From NCBI GenBank assembly GCA_951406725.2, contig OX597815.1, forward strand, positions 65,100,001 to 65,164,000: 64,000 bases of DNA, in the 5' to 3' direction. The notes below the pieces were generated by a model. It was not told the origin of the DNA, did no database searches, and saw nothing but the letters and a program-made list of their open reading frames with translations. The translations under genes were made by a program, and so were the position numbers. This stretch comes from Octopus vulgaris (taxonomy: Eukaryota). This document shows positions 12,660 to 25,406 of the stretch, piece by piece; positions within the stretch are counted from its first letter, which is position 1; each line of letters begins with the position of its first letter.

Positions 12660-13485
12660 AATTAAATAATACATGTGTCAAAGATATTATGTTGATGAAA
12701 GTATAGTTAGTCAAAAGTTGAAAGTAATTTACACATTTTACTGCCTCTTAACAACAAGAGCTTTAAAGGTTGGTGCTTAGTTGTGGCTTCAAGTAAGCAA
12801 GCAGATGAGAGATAAATGTTCCCTTCAATGGGCTATGAAAATCTTCAGTAATACTCCCAGATGATCTAGTACCACTGATTCCTAACAACCAAGTTAATTA
12901 AATCCAACACAAAAACCACGATAGTACAGTGGAACTCACGCCTGTGAAAACATTTGATCTTTTCATTTCTACATCAAAACCAAGACCTTTGTTATATTAT
13001 GAGATTTTGTATAATCAATGGTATGAGAGACAAAGACACTCTGAACATTAACTCAGTTAAGAAAGCAACTTTATTAGTATTGGCAACAGGATAAACTACA
13101 ATGTAAATGTACTGAGCTAGAGATAAGCCAAGGAAAAATACAGAGCAAAATAATTAGATCAGATTTGAGCATGTTAGATATGATAGGTGAGATGACAGAG
13201 ATAAGGCCTAATGAAGATATATTATACTGCAGATTTGCCCCTGTGTTGATATAATACAATGGAAAAGTAGCCAGAAACAGGGAAATATCAGAAATTCCAC
13301 ATATGTTTGTGATGCACAAGAACAATGAAACAAAAATGAAACATTAAAAAGAAAATTATACAAATGGAAAGAATTTAACATAAATGTTAAACAAGGAGTG
13401 AATAGTAAAAGAGTTCATTTTGAGATGAATGAAAATTTGAAAAATGATTATAACTGATTTCTAAAACAATACTTATATATATGTA

Positions 13486-13533
<48 letters not shown>

Positions 13534-13900
13534 TATTCTTTTATTTGTTTCAGTCATTTGACTGCGGCCATACTGGAGCACTGCTTTTAGTTGAGCAAAT
13601 TGACTCTAGGACTTATTCTTTGTAATCCTAGTACTAATTTTATCGCTCTCTTTTGCCGAACTGCTACATTACGGAGACATAAACACACCAGCATCAGTTG
13701 TCAAGCGATATTGGGGGGACAAACATATACATATATGACAAGCTTCTTTCAGTTTCCATCTACCAAATCCACTCATAAGGCTTTGGTTGGCCCGAAGCTA
13801 TAATACAAGAAGACACTTGCCCAAAGTGCCATGCAGTGGAACTGAACCCAGAACCATGTGGCTGGTAAGCAAGCTACTTACCACACAGCCACTCCTGTGT
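13534..13900 (-). mobile_element. tRNA-derived SINE with CR1-group-like 3' tail
   Basis: Common head at about 13740-13900. The tail gtgctccagtatggccgcagtcaaatgactgaaac-aaataaaagaata resembles the LINE 3' ends at 41015 and 33250. Confidence 0.8.
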
Positions 13901-14355
13901 CTATTCATCAATCGCTCAGTCGGTCGTTGCCAACAATAGTTGCTGCAGCTACTGTGGTGGTAGCAGGCAGAGCAAGCAGTGTGGAGGAGCGCATGTTCCC
14001 CGAGGTACCAATGCAACTGCTGCCGCCACTGCTGATGGGCTCAAATAAAGTGCTTGCATATTCAGAGTCATATGCACAATTACAAGAATTATCACACTCA
14101 ATTCTTAAAAACAGTTAAAGGAAAATTAAAGTAAAGGACTTAAGGATATAGCTAGTTTCCATGATTTGCACATGTTCCTCCAATAATCCCTGTCCTCCAT
14201 TGTTGACTTCAATGCAGAACAGGCACTATTGGAGGAATGTCTTTGCAGATCAAGGCAACTAACTATATCATCATGTCTTTTACTTCAATTTTCCTTTAAC
14301 TGTGCTTCTGATGATGATGATGATATTATTATTATTATTATTATACAGTGATTAA

Positions 14356-14575
14356 CCCTCTAGGATTCAGATTTCTCTATCAAATGTAATGTTTATGGAT
14401 TCACATTGTTTTAAATTAATCATTAATTGTATTGTAACTTCCAGATTTTGATAATGTGATTGTTTACTTTTAGAATGACATTGTAGGGTAGGTATGAAGG
14501 GCAAAATTTGGCCAGTTTTAACATAAAGCAGGTAAAATATTTTGGCCAGATGTGGCCAGTGTGAATGCTAAAGAG
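14356..14575. mobile_element. piggyBac-type MITE
   Basis: TTAA TSDs flank the imperfect TIRs ccctctaggattca / tgaatgctaaagag. Confidence 0.75.
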
Positions 14576-15139
14576 TTAAGACTCAATACTAGAAGCACAC
14601 AGTTCATGAATTGAAACTAAATGAAAGAGACTTTCTAAATCAAGATGCAATGCAGTTTTAGCTGAAGACAGTCACCATATCATGTTACAAAAGACATCAC
14701 ACAGAAATAATTTGCCTATTGCCTTTTAAAGGCCCCACAGAATTAGAATCCAATACAGCAAACTAATGAAACATCTATTATACAATAAAACTGCTGCTTG
14801 AACAGTAAGGTAGAATTAGGTATAACTGTTGGGTGTATTGGGCCAAGACACAGTACAAACCAGCCAGCTGCAACATCTACATCACTAAACACAGCATATG
14901 TGATTGATGTTGAGTAAATTGGTGTACAGTACAGATACATGTTCCACAAACTTGCAAGATTATCCAACCTAGCATTATTAAAATAAATACATTGAAATCA
15001 TCAGACAACAGAAATATTTGGTGAATAAAAGTTTGCTTTGGAATATGTAATGTTCAGAATTAATTTATCTGGAATATAAGTTTGGTCATAATAGCTTAAT
15101 TTTATTTATATATATTCATATATAAATGTACATACACAA

Positions 15140-15494
15140 AGACATGATTGTGTGATTAAGAAGTTTGCTTCCCAACTACAATATTTTGGGTTCAGTCTCA
15201 CTGTGTGACACCTTAGACAAGTACCTTCTACTATATCACCAAGCAAACCAAAGCCTTGAGAGTGGATTTGGTAGACAGAAGTTTAACGATGTCCATTGTG
15301 TGTGTGTGTATGAGTGTGCACGTGCGCATGTATGTACTATTTTAGGAGCTCAAGGAAGCTATAAGTTGATGAGTGCACTGCACCTTCTAGTAGAAATAGT
15401 TGTAAGCTTACAAAGTTGATTACATAATTCCTATTCCCTTGTCATTTATTTAATTTCATATTCTGTACTTGACTAGCACTTTAGTCCGAAGCAC

Positions 15495-15537
<43 letters not shown>

Positions 15538-15860
15538 TATACTGAGTTAACACCAGTTGTTAGTAATGCTACACCTAAGCGAAATCTTAAAATATATGTA
15601 AGTCGATATGTGTGTGCATGCTTAAGTGTGTGTTTGTCTATACGCATCTTTACATTATTTGAGAAGTATAAATGAGCACCACCATTATGCAAATCATTTC
15701 ATTCAATTTCAATTTTCCATGAAAACCTGTTTGACCATGGGGAAAATAAGGAAAGGTAACAGGGAGGGCATACAACCATAAAAAATTTGCCTCAACAAAT
15801 TCTGTCTGATACATGCATGGAAATGTGAATGTTGAAATATCATCATCATCATTTTAACAT
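15140..15860 (+). mobile_element. tRNA-derived SINE interrupted by a (TA)n-associated insert at about 15335-15600
   Basis: Head at 15140-15330. Body and tail resume at about 15600-15840 and resemble 17660-17890. Confidence 0.6.
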
Positions 15861-17501
15861 CCACATTCATTCAAAATAACAAGAGTTAAAAAGAAATTGA
15901 GATAGTACTGTTACCAACCCTGACTTGTTTTTTCAAGAAAGGAAATCTTATTCCAATGAGGTCCACATGTTGTAAAAGCCCTAGGTTACAGGACATTTTG
16001 TTTACAGGAGATGTAAATGCTTCTCACTGGTTTTGCTGACATTATGGCAAAGACAAGTGGAATATACATAGATAAGTACATATCTATATTAAAATCCTCC
16101 ATACAACTTTTTATCTCTTTCTCACAAGGCACTGGTCAGTCCAGGGCTGTATTACGTTATAAATTAGCACAAAGTTAAATTTCATACAATTAGTTCCTAA
16201 ATTGTTAAGGGTAATGATATACAAAACTGAGAATTCACTTTACAAGTGTCATATAATCTTGCAGACAAACCACTATATACACATCTGAATTCAAAATATG
16301 TTTTTCTGGAGTGTGGAATATCCAACTTTAAAAGTATGGTGCATTTCAAGTATACATACAACAAACATTTTGTACAGACTCAAAATTACATTTTGACCTG
16401 AATACACATTTTTAATTAAAAACCAGACAGACAAAGAACATTATAAAAAAATTACTTTGGTTCTTTGATTCTGGTTTCCTTTTGACATTTACTTCAACAC
16501 TAGCATGGGACTGAAATTTTTGCATATTTTGTGTACACTGAGTAAAAATATTAAGACCAAAGATTTTTTCATATAAAAAGTGGCACTAAAATCTTTATTA
16601 TCTTGAAATAGGATAGCTGAAGGGTTGAGATAGGCCCAAAGGATATTTTGTCAGATGTTCACTGAACACTCTTTATTCAGAAAAGAAAAGGGTATATATA
16701 GTTTACCTGCTGAGAAGAGATGCTAATCTCATTTCATAATTTAGTAAAGTAATGTTAAAAATAACTGCTCTTAATATGAAAATAAAAGCAACCAAACTGT
16801 AAAATATGAAGGCATAAATGAGCTTGGAAATTATTTCTCTCATTTCAACAGCTACCCAACCCCTCATGATGCAAACCTTACAAAAAATGATAGCTATACA
16901 AAAAAATAAATTAGATAGTTTATAATTACTATTTTTCGAATTAAATGAAAGTAGAGCTCATAATTTTAAAATGTCACATTTCTTAAATAAATGAAACAAG
17001 TAAAATCAGTTTTTAAAAAAGAACCAAATATAGTTGACAAACATCTAAAATGACAACAAATATAAGATTTAATGAAAAATTGTGATGTTAATGAGATTAT
17101 TAATATAAAGTGTCATAATTTGAAAACAAAACTTGTTTTCTAATTTTTCTGTCATTCATCTCAAATCAAGAGCTAATAAAAGAAATACTATCTATGACCC
17201 TGTCCTAATTTTTTTTTTAATGTCTTTTGTGTTGACTCCAAAGAAATCAATACTCCTTTAAATCATCAAGATCATAAAGCTGGTATAGTTGATTAATACC
17301 CAGATTAGGATGTCTATGGTACATTGTTTGGTATATCTCTATTGGAAGTTTACATGCCTCTAAAATTTTCAACCTGGCCTTTCAATTACATTGTCCCTCT
17401 CTAGTGTGAACAAAATATACCACTATCTCTATGATAATGTTCAATTGAAAAAAAACCAGCATTTTAATCATTGAATATTTAAAGTTTTAATATTTTCAAA
17501 A

Positions 17502-17893
17502 GGCTGTGTGGCTTCAAAGCTTACTTCAAAACCATTTGGTTTTGGGTTCAGTTCCACAGCATGACACCTTGGGTAACTGTCTTCTACTACAGTCCCAAGC
17601 TGACCAAAGCCTTGTGAGTAGATTTGGTACACAGAAACTGAAAGAGGATCATGTGTGTGCATGCATGTTTGTGTGTACTCTTGTCTTAACATCATGAGAG
17701 GGTTGTAAACGAGTATCATAAAAGTGGTGTTGTTCATTCCCAGTTTTCTATGAAAAGTATGTTTGGCTAAGAGGAAATATTATATTGCTTGGAATCAGGT
17801 GGGTTGGCTGTCCTTCCTGTAGAAAATATGCCTCAGCAAATTTTTTCAAAAATGGAGAAGTGGATGCTAAAACAATGATGATAGTGATGATGA
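17502..17893 (+). mobile_element. tRNA-derived SINE with RTE-like (ATG)n tail
   Basis: Same head as the 13534 element but ends ...aagtggatgctaaaacaatgatgatagtgatgatg. Confidence 0.75.
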
Positions 17894-18599
17894 TTAAAGG
17901 AAGACAAATCTACATCAATTAAAGCATCATGTTAACATTAGGGAAATGTAACCTCAAAATAGTTTGTAATTTTGTAATTACACAGGTTAGGCCCATCTTA
18001 TGATATTCCTACTTTACAAACAAAAACCAGGAAGATTAACAAATAAGTCTAAATACAAATTTTCACTCGCCATCAATTTATCCCGTCATCACTTCAGTAG
18101 GTTTTTTTTTTATTGATTAACTTATACTTGCATGTCTTTCAAAGCCAATATCAGTTGAAGAGCACTTGGTTTAAACATCACACTAACTCACATTAATGTA
18201 TCTAAAATTATTTTATCATAATATTTAAATTATCTATGTATAATATTTTTTTTAAATGTTAAAGTAGCTCACAATAGAGAAGTTTTTTTGTCTTTTCATG
18301 GTTCACTCTGTAACTCTTGGCACATTTACCTTAAAAGCTATATCTTTGTATTTTTTGTTTAATTAGTATTATTTGACCTTAAAAGGGAAAACAGTACTCA
18401 TCACCTTTGTTCAACTTGAACTTGTTTCTACTGTTAATTATAAGGAAGGTGTAGGTGGGCAGAGAGTTCAAAGAAGTTGTAGTTCTGGGAAGGAAAGACC
18501 TGGTGAAGAGTTTAGCACAGTAATTGGGAAGTGAGATAGTATTGATGCTTAGAGGAAGACAGGCAACAAGTGGACTTTGAAGGGAATAGTGTGCAACAG

Positions 18600-20756
18600 T
18601 TCAAAAGAGCACAAACCATTATGATCTGCAATACTAACTACAGAAAGTCAGCCAGTCACCTGTTCACTTATCAATCTGGTGGCCACACAAGCCACATTGA
18701 CTACATTCTCACCAGAAAGTGGGAAAGATGGTTGCTTATAAATGCAAAGTCCTTCCCATGTGAAGAGTACACTCCTCAACATAGGCTAGTCATTAGTGAC
18801 TTCAAACTCTAGGTTAGAAGGATGTGAAGAAGAAAAGAAAGATCTGAAAGCTTAAAGGTCCTCTGAATAGTCAGAGATTTAGAGACATTCTAACTGAAGC
18901 ATTTGACAAAAAGGAAGAGGAGATAGTAACCTATATATAACATGAAGGACAAATGGAGATTCCTACAGGACAACTTAATAAGGACCATTGACCAAATTTG
19001 GTCCAAAATTGGACCAAAGTCCCCTCCAAACCTAAAGTGACATGGTAGAAAAACAGGGAAGTACACAGGGCCATTAGAGCAAAGAAATTGGACTGGAAGA
19101 GTGGTGTTAGCAGAAAACTATATCATAAAGCTAGAAGTCATATGTTTAGCTAGGGGGGAAAGCAGAAAGGAAAAAATTCACCAAAATTCAGCGGAGTGTG
19201 GACCAGGGGCTTGAGGTGTTCCAAATTGCAAGATAGTGTGACAGAGAAAATTTTGTGATGTAGGAGAGAAGTGCATTTGCAAAGATGATGGTTCACTAGC
19301 AGTTAGTGATTCTGCAAAGAAAGAGGCCCCGAAATGTCACTATGAAAAGCTGTTAAATGTAGAGAATGTATGAGAGAAGAGTCTGCCTATCGGAATCAAC
19401 AGTAGCCTAGCAGATAAAGCAATTGAGGATATGAAGACAGAGAAAGCACCAGGCTCACCACAAATCACCACTGAGATGCTTAGAATATCTGGTGGAGTAG
19501 GATATGGCCTTGTCACCCATATAGTTAACCAGTTTGTCCACAAGGGAGTAATACTCAATACCTGGTGTAGCAGCATTGTAGTCAACTGCTAGAAATAACT
19601 ACAAAAATAACTACAGCGGTATCAAATTGCCGGCTGGACCAGGTGACAGAAGTCACAGAAAGGGTCATAACTCAGTTTGGTTTTGTGCCAGGAAGAAGCA
19701 CTACTGATGCTATCTTCCTAGTGAAGCAACTGCAGAAGCATTTAGCCAAAAATAAATCTCTGTACTCATCTTTTGTCAACATGAGCAAAACCCGCTCCTT
19801 TATCTGGTGGTCGAATGTGGAAGCTAGAGATATATGAGTGGTTGGTGAGAGCTGAATAAGCCATGTACAGGGAAGCTGTCAATAAGGTGGAAGTCAGTAA
19901 TGACTATAGCAAGGAATTTAGTGTACAAGTTGGAGCTCACCAAGGATTGGTTCTCAGCCCACTCTTGTTTATTATAGTCCTTCAGACCCTAACAGAGGAA
20001 TTTAAGACTGGCTGCCCTTGGGAGATCCTCTACACTGATGACTTTGTACTTATTGTTGAATCACTACCAAAATTAGGGAAATTTAAAGTGTGGAAGCAAG
20101 GCTTCGAATCAAAGGGCTTTAAGGTTATGTAGTAAAGAGCAAAGTCCTAGTACATAGGAAAACAGACAAATAATTAATCCCTTCAGGGAAATGGCCTGCT
20201 TAATATGTAAAAAAAAGTGTTGGTAGAAACTCCATTCAGTGTAGTACCCAGTGCAAACTATGGATATATGAGAAGTGCAGCAGTATCATAGGAAGGTTAA
20301 CAGAGAAAGTAGTCTTTGTGCTTAGCAGTTGTGCAGGTACAATAAACACTAAGAATGTACAGAAAATAGACTTCCTCAAATGTCCAGTGGTAATGGTGGT
20401 CCCCTTCAAAGTAGTAGATAGTTTCCATTATCTAGGTAACCAAATTAGCAGTGGAGGAGGAAAACACAAAGTGTAATTGCAAGAATAAGAATAGGCTGGG
20501 CAAAGTTCAGAGAGCTACTACCTTTGTTGGTAACAAAGGGCTTCTCCCTCAAACTAGTCTGACAAATAGTTAGGTGACTCGCTGGTCCAATACCACAACA
20601 AAAGTATCCAGTGTGCACTGTGAAGTGGTTGGCATTAGGAAGGGCATTTAGTCATAGGAAAAAACTGAGGTGGAACATGAAGGTCTGACTCTTCATATCA
20701 TGTCAAACCATTCAACCTATGCCAGCATGGAAGACAGACATAAAATGATGATGATG
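18600..20756 (+). pseudogene. Decayed RTE-clade LINE (APE C-terminus, RT, Cys-rich insert, 3' tail)
   Basis: Fragments SHIDYILTR..PQHRLVISDF, QFGFVPGRSTTDAIF and VGAHQGLVLSPLLF..ILYTDD. Homologous to 58912-59775. Ends in (ATG)n. Confidence 0.88.
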
Positions 20757-20959
20757 CAAATTTTAACTTTGAAAACTAGAATACATACTTGAAAAAGATA
20801 GCCAATTGTTTATTATAAACAATATTAATAGCAAGAGCAGCAGTGTGCAGAAATGATAGCATGATGAACTAAATGTTAATATTCAGCTTCATTATTCTAT
20901 AGACCAAGTAGTTTTCGTTTTTGGCTGTGTTTCTGTAGATGGATGCCATTTCTATCACC

Positions 20960-22270
20960 AGCCAAATTACAACATGTACTGAGTGCATCTTTATACCTTA
21001 AAATTATCCATCTACTATACTGCTGTCAACTTGACTGGTTGACCCCTCTGCTAAGCCAACTTGTGGTAGGCCCTCTTTTTCCAGTGCAATCTTCTTAAAC
21101 AGCTATTCCATACCTCATTATTTACAGCACTGGTAAGGACAAGTGCACCACTCTCATACCTAATACACTTCTTGCTAACATCTCAATTTTCACTGGCACA
21201 CTGCCTTGCAATCTGAAATGTCTCACCTCTGATCATTACATCTTAGAACACTGGCAACCATCTTAACTTTGGTTTCCTCCAAAACTAAGTATACTTAACG
21301 TCTAATTTCCTCTTACTACTTGATATTGCTCCTTACTATCCCCTTTCTTTCAAACTCCACCCATAGGGCTGTCCCACCACTACATCACCCTCTTTTATAG
21401 CTAGGACCATGCCCCAACCAGAAGTCCAGTTTGCCACCATTAACATATCTTCCCATATATCCTGTAAAGTAGCTGGTTCAACCTCACCCTATATCTTGTT
21501 TTATGCACCAATTAATACTTATCTGAACTGACTGCTGGTTGGTAGTCTGTCCCAGAATCCATCAAACTTATACTTTGAAGTTACTAACCCAAGTTTATGT
21601 TCAGCAGGAAAAGACTTAGTATTCACAACCTTTTATTTATCCCTTTCTGGATGAGTAAGAAGTCTATCTTGCTTCTGTGTTCACCTAATTGGTATGATAT
21701 ATATATATATATATAATGATATATACTTTCCCTTATCTATATCTTTGTTTTTCTTTTTTCTTTCTTTCCTTTATTCCTCTCTTCCTGTTTTTCTTTTTTT
21801 ATTATTTTATTTTTCTTCTTACTTTCTTCTCTTTCTTTTCTCTTTTTCTTTTTCTTTATTCCTCTCTTCCTGTTTTCGATTTGACCCTAATACATTCCCT
21901 ACTTTTAGGTCACTTTAAATAAAATCCTTGATTCAATAACACAGTGTATAAACTCTATACTTGGAATGACCAATTTTAAATACTATTGGATTTTACTCAT
22001 AAGGTATTGAAATCTTATATGTATACCTTTCTGCCTAAATAATGGATCTACAAATATAATATCCCTACATATTTCACACCTATTTTCATTCCTCCACTTC
22101 ACTCTCTATTTCATATCTTACCTAAATCAACTATTACTTAACTATCCCCTCACACCTTCTCCAATGACAGAATAAAATAAATATCCTGGAAACAGCTGTA
22201 GGACCTTCTATCTATAAATGTTCTAAAATCTACACAGCCTTGATTTTTTTTATCTCATTATGAAAAAAAA
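20960..22270 (+). mobile_element. Probable highly decayed Penelope-like element ending in a hammerhead relic and (TA)n
   Basis: Weak GIY-YIG C-terminal-like remnant near 21600-21660, long pyrimidine-rich 3' region, hammerhead relic at 22158-22203, TA run at the 3' end. Confidence 0.4.
22158..22203 (+). ncRNA. Degenerate type I minimal hammerhead motif
   Basis: tct-CCAATGA-cagaata/tatcctg-GAAA-cagctgt-A-gga. Stem III is palindromic (ACAGCTGT); the core is mutated. Confidence 0.45.
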
Positions 22271-22290
22271 TTTATATATATATATATATA

Positions 22291-22492
22291 GTTAATCCAA
22301 ACAAGAAAGCACAAAAAAACACAACACGAGGACGTGGAACAAATATAGTATTATTGGATGCTCAGGAAAGAAGGAGGGCTTAACGTTTCGAGCGGAGCTC
22401 TTCGTCGGAAACTTAGGAGAAAGAAAGATCCAGAGAAGGGAAGACAGAGGGAAAAAAATCGCCAACGGTACACACGAGGTCACATTTTGAAA

Positions 22493-22495
<3 letters not shown>
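22291..22495 (-). mobile_element. Short Penelope pLTR-like element in (TA)n with a minimal hammerhead-like motif at 22378-22412
   Basis: Minus strand reads gttt-CCGACGA-a-gagc tcc gctc-GAAA-cgtt-aagc. Both flanks are (TA)n. Related to the 29445 and 50878 elements. Confidence 0.65.
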
Positions 22496-22540
<45 letters not shown>

Positions 22541-22548
<8 letters not shown>

Positions 22549-23379
22549 GCATGTTTTATTTTATTTATTAATTTATTATATGATGGAACGCACGCATCCA
22601 TTTCTAAGTAAGGTTGTTCTTAATGTTAATAATGATGCGCACTCTTAACCTTTCTGTCCCCCTCCCTTTCTCAGCCTTCATTCTTTCAGGTTTCCTTTTC
22701 TTCTACCTTACTGTCTCTCCCTCTCATTCTTCATTCTTTCTGGTTTTCTCTACAACCATTCCCTTTTTTTTTCTCCCTTTCTCTTGCTCCTCCTCCTCCC
22801 TCTCGTCGTTGACCTGCGATGAGAGCTCTGCTACTGTCTTTCTGACCTGGCTTCCTTCAAGTGTAGATGGCATTTTCTGTGGCTCCTTTGCCGTTCTCAA
22901 AAATAGCGATCGTAATATTTTATCTCGTTCGGCTTAACAGACCTTTTTGTCTGTGTTACTGTTATTCTCCTTGTCCTGTCTTTTATTGTTTATATTTTGT
23001 ACTGTCGTTACTGTCCTGTTTTTGTTACCATTTTTACCCATCCACAAAAAAATCTCAAATTTTATTTAATTTGCTTTTCGCGGGAAGGAATGTTTCATTA
23101 AAGTCGTGTCTCACCTTGACCTTCGAAACGCGGAGTAGATGAAACAAAGGCGACTGAAGAAGGAGAATTTTCTTTGTATTGTATGTCCTGTACTCTATTT
23201 TTTCGTTGTTTAAGAAGAATATCCATTTCCTTGGTTTTGTGTTTATGTTTTCATTTCTCATTGTGTTCGACATTTTTTGGCGTCCTGTACCCATATATGC
23301 ATGTATATATACATGTAGAGGTAGGTACGTACATATATGTATGTATATATGCATATGTTTTATTTTATTTATCAATTTA

Positions 23380-23390
<11 letters not shown>
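22541..23390 (+). mobile_element. Non-coding Penelope-like/retrozyme-like element with short terminal direct repeats in (TA)n
   Basis: gtatatatgc..gttttattttatttat.aatttatta occurs at 22541 and 23343. Interior is pyrimidine-rich and contains rearranged hammerhead copy 2. Confidence 0.6.
23049..23171 (+). ncRNA. Rearranged (non-circularly permuted) hammerhead-ribozyme-like motif, copy 2
   Basis: tcgtgt-C (GUC site, C23110) pairs with GAAA-cgcgg 23125-23133. tcacctt 23111-23117 pairs with aaggcga 23147-23153 (one mismatch). Core CTGAAGA at 23154-23160. Extra helices: gaagg/ccttc, tgtttcat/atgaaaca, and imperfect aaaatctc/gagaatttt. Confidence 0.65.
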
Positions 23391-23421
<31 letters not shown>

Positions 23422-23428
23422 GATATAT

Positions 23429-23683
23429 ATCTGTAAATTAATATGTTACCGTTATTCAATAGCCAAGATAAAACTGATTTCCGGATGCCGAAGTGGAAAT
23501 CCACAACACCATCTCTTCGGTTGGCCAGATTTGTGTTGTGGATTTCCAGTTCGGCATCTGAAACTCAGAGTTTTATCTTGGCTATTGAATAATGGTAACA
23601 TATTAATTTACAGATAAATTTCCTCTATTTACATAATATTGAGGTCTCTTTCTTTCTTTTGTTATCTTACCGTTTTTACCAAT
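23429..23683. mobile_element. Penelope-like pLTR with inverted partial copy (long hairpin 23429-23615)
   Basis: Inverted arms of ~86 bp at 23429-23514 and 23527-23615, T-rich 3' end running into TA, and a hammerhead-like motif on the minus strand at 23462-23525. Confidence 0.6.
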
Positions 23684-23722
23684 ATACATGACATATATAT
23701 ATATATATATATACATGATATA

Positions 23723-25303
23723 TCTCTATATATATAAAACTGAGAATGTGAGTCTGTCTGTCTGTGTGTTTCCCTAAAACTTGAGAACTACACAACCAAT
23801 TTCATTCAAATTTTACACATGCCTTACTTAGGGTCCATGTAGTTTCATGACCAAAACAAATCTTCAACTTCTTGCCTAGGGCGAGCCCATAGCAATATCA
23901 TATCTTCTCCACTATTTCAGTATTACTTGTTAAAAGTGAAACAAAAACATTTCTCTATTTTATGTCAGATACTTTCACTTTAACAATAAAAATTAGAGAT
24001 AATAATAACAATTGAATTATATGTAGTAAGTAATAATTAAAATCAAACTAAAGTATAATATAATCATAACATAACAAAAGTAAAAATAGCAATTGGTATA
24101 AAATTGCATCAATGACTTGAACTTGAATAAGTGGTTTCACATGAATGGGAATAAATTAAAAATAAAATTAGTGTGCAGAAATGGAATAGTCCAGATGGAG
24201 CTGTGCACATACCGTTTACCACGGCTTTTACATTAGATTATCTGCTAATTAGCTAGCATTAGGTATCTATATGAAGTTTGGCTGTATGTAATGTCTGTTT
24301 TCTCGAACAGCTGCTTCTACTGAGTACTGCTGTTGGTTTATTTCTTATACATAAAGGACTATAGCTTCAACTGCGTACTGCTTTTTGATTCACCGTAAGG
24401 TTTGTTGTTATTATTATTACTGTTTAACTATTGTTATCACGTTTGTTGGTTCCTCGAAAGAGAAAGGTTGTAGTGTTGCATTTGTTAAATAATTGTAAAC
24501 TGTAACCCTCCCCCTTTGGGAGAAGGAGCTTTGGTTATTGTTTAAAAATTTAATTGTGTGTCTGTTTGGGGAAATTGACAATATTTTCACTGTTTATATG
24601 GAAGCATTTTCGTTAGAATGCCTTTGATAGAAGACAGTCCAAAAATGAATTTCGCTGCAGCCGTTGGCGGGCGCGAACTCATTAATATTAAAATGGAAGA
24701 AATACAAACCTATTTCGGATTGATCACCGACGAAGAAGGTGAATCTAGTGATAACACCACCAAACGAAATAAATTAAATTAAAGAAAAGACTATTGTCTA
24801 CAAAGTATACAATGTAGAGAAAAAAAAAGATTTGAACACCTGGAGGAAAGCACCATTGAAAAGTGTCTTGGTGCGACTACGAAAGATATCTAACCAGAAG
24901 CGGTAAATTTGCCAAAATAGAAGCAAGGTTCGAGTCAATGGAGCGTGCAAGGGAGTACTCGACTCGAACATTGCAAAGTGGAAATATTTTATTTTTACCT
25001 TTATATCTGGGACGTAGGACGTCCCGGATAAAAATTTAAAATGTCCACCCAGAAGTAGAGGTAGGCTAGATTGTAGCCACACTTCTATACAAGAGGGAGG
25101 ACTATTGATCGAAATTGCAAGAGGCGGGCCTACAATTACAGTCTGTTATATATTTTGAGTATTGTTATCACTAGCGATATCAAGATAAAACTTTGTATTT
25201 TATATTCTGTGTGGATGTATATATATATAGATGTACATGTAATATGCACACATATATATATGAACTAGCACTATGACCCGGCAACGACGGGTCATAATGC
25301 TAG
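23723..25303 (+). mobile_element. Non-autonomous Helitron
   Basis: 5' end A|TCTCTATATATATAAAACTGAG. 3' hairpin tatgacccg-gcaacga-cgggtcata followed by CTAG|T. No TSD. Confidence 0.8.
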
Positions 25304-25331
25304 TATATATATATATATATATACATGATTG

Positions 25332-25388
<57 letters not shown>

Positions 25389-25406
25389 CATGATTGATAT
25401 ATTGAG

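Noticed and set aside
15360-15415. Hammerhead relic ttgatga..gaaatagttgta
   Set aside because: Stems I and II cannot be formed convincingly; too decayed to call.
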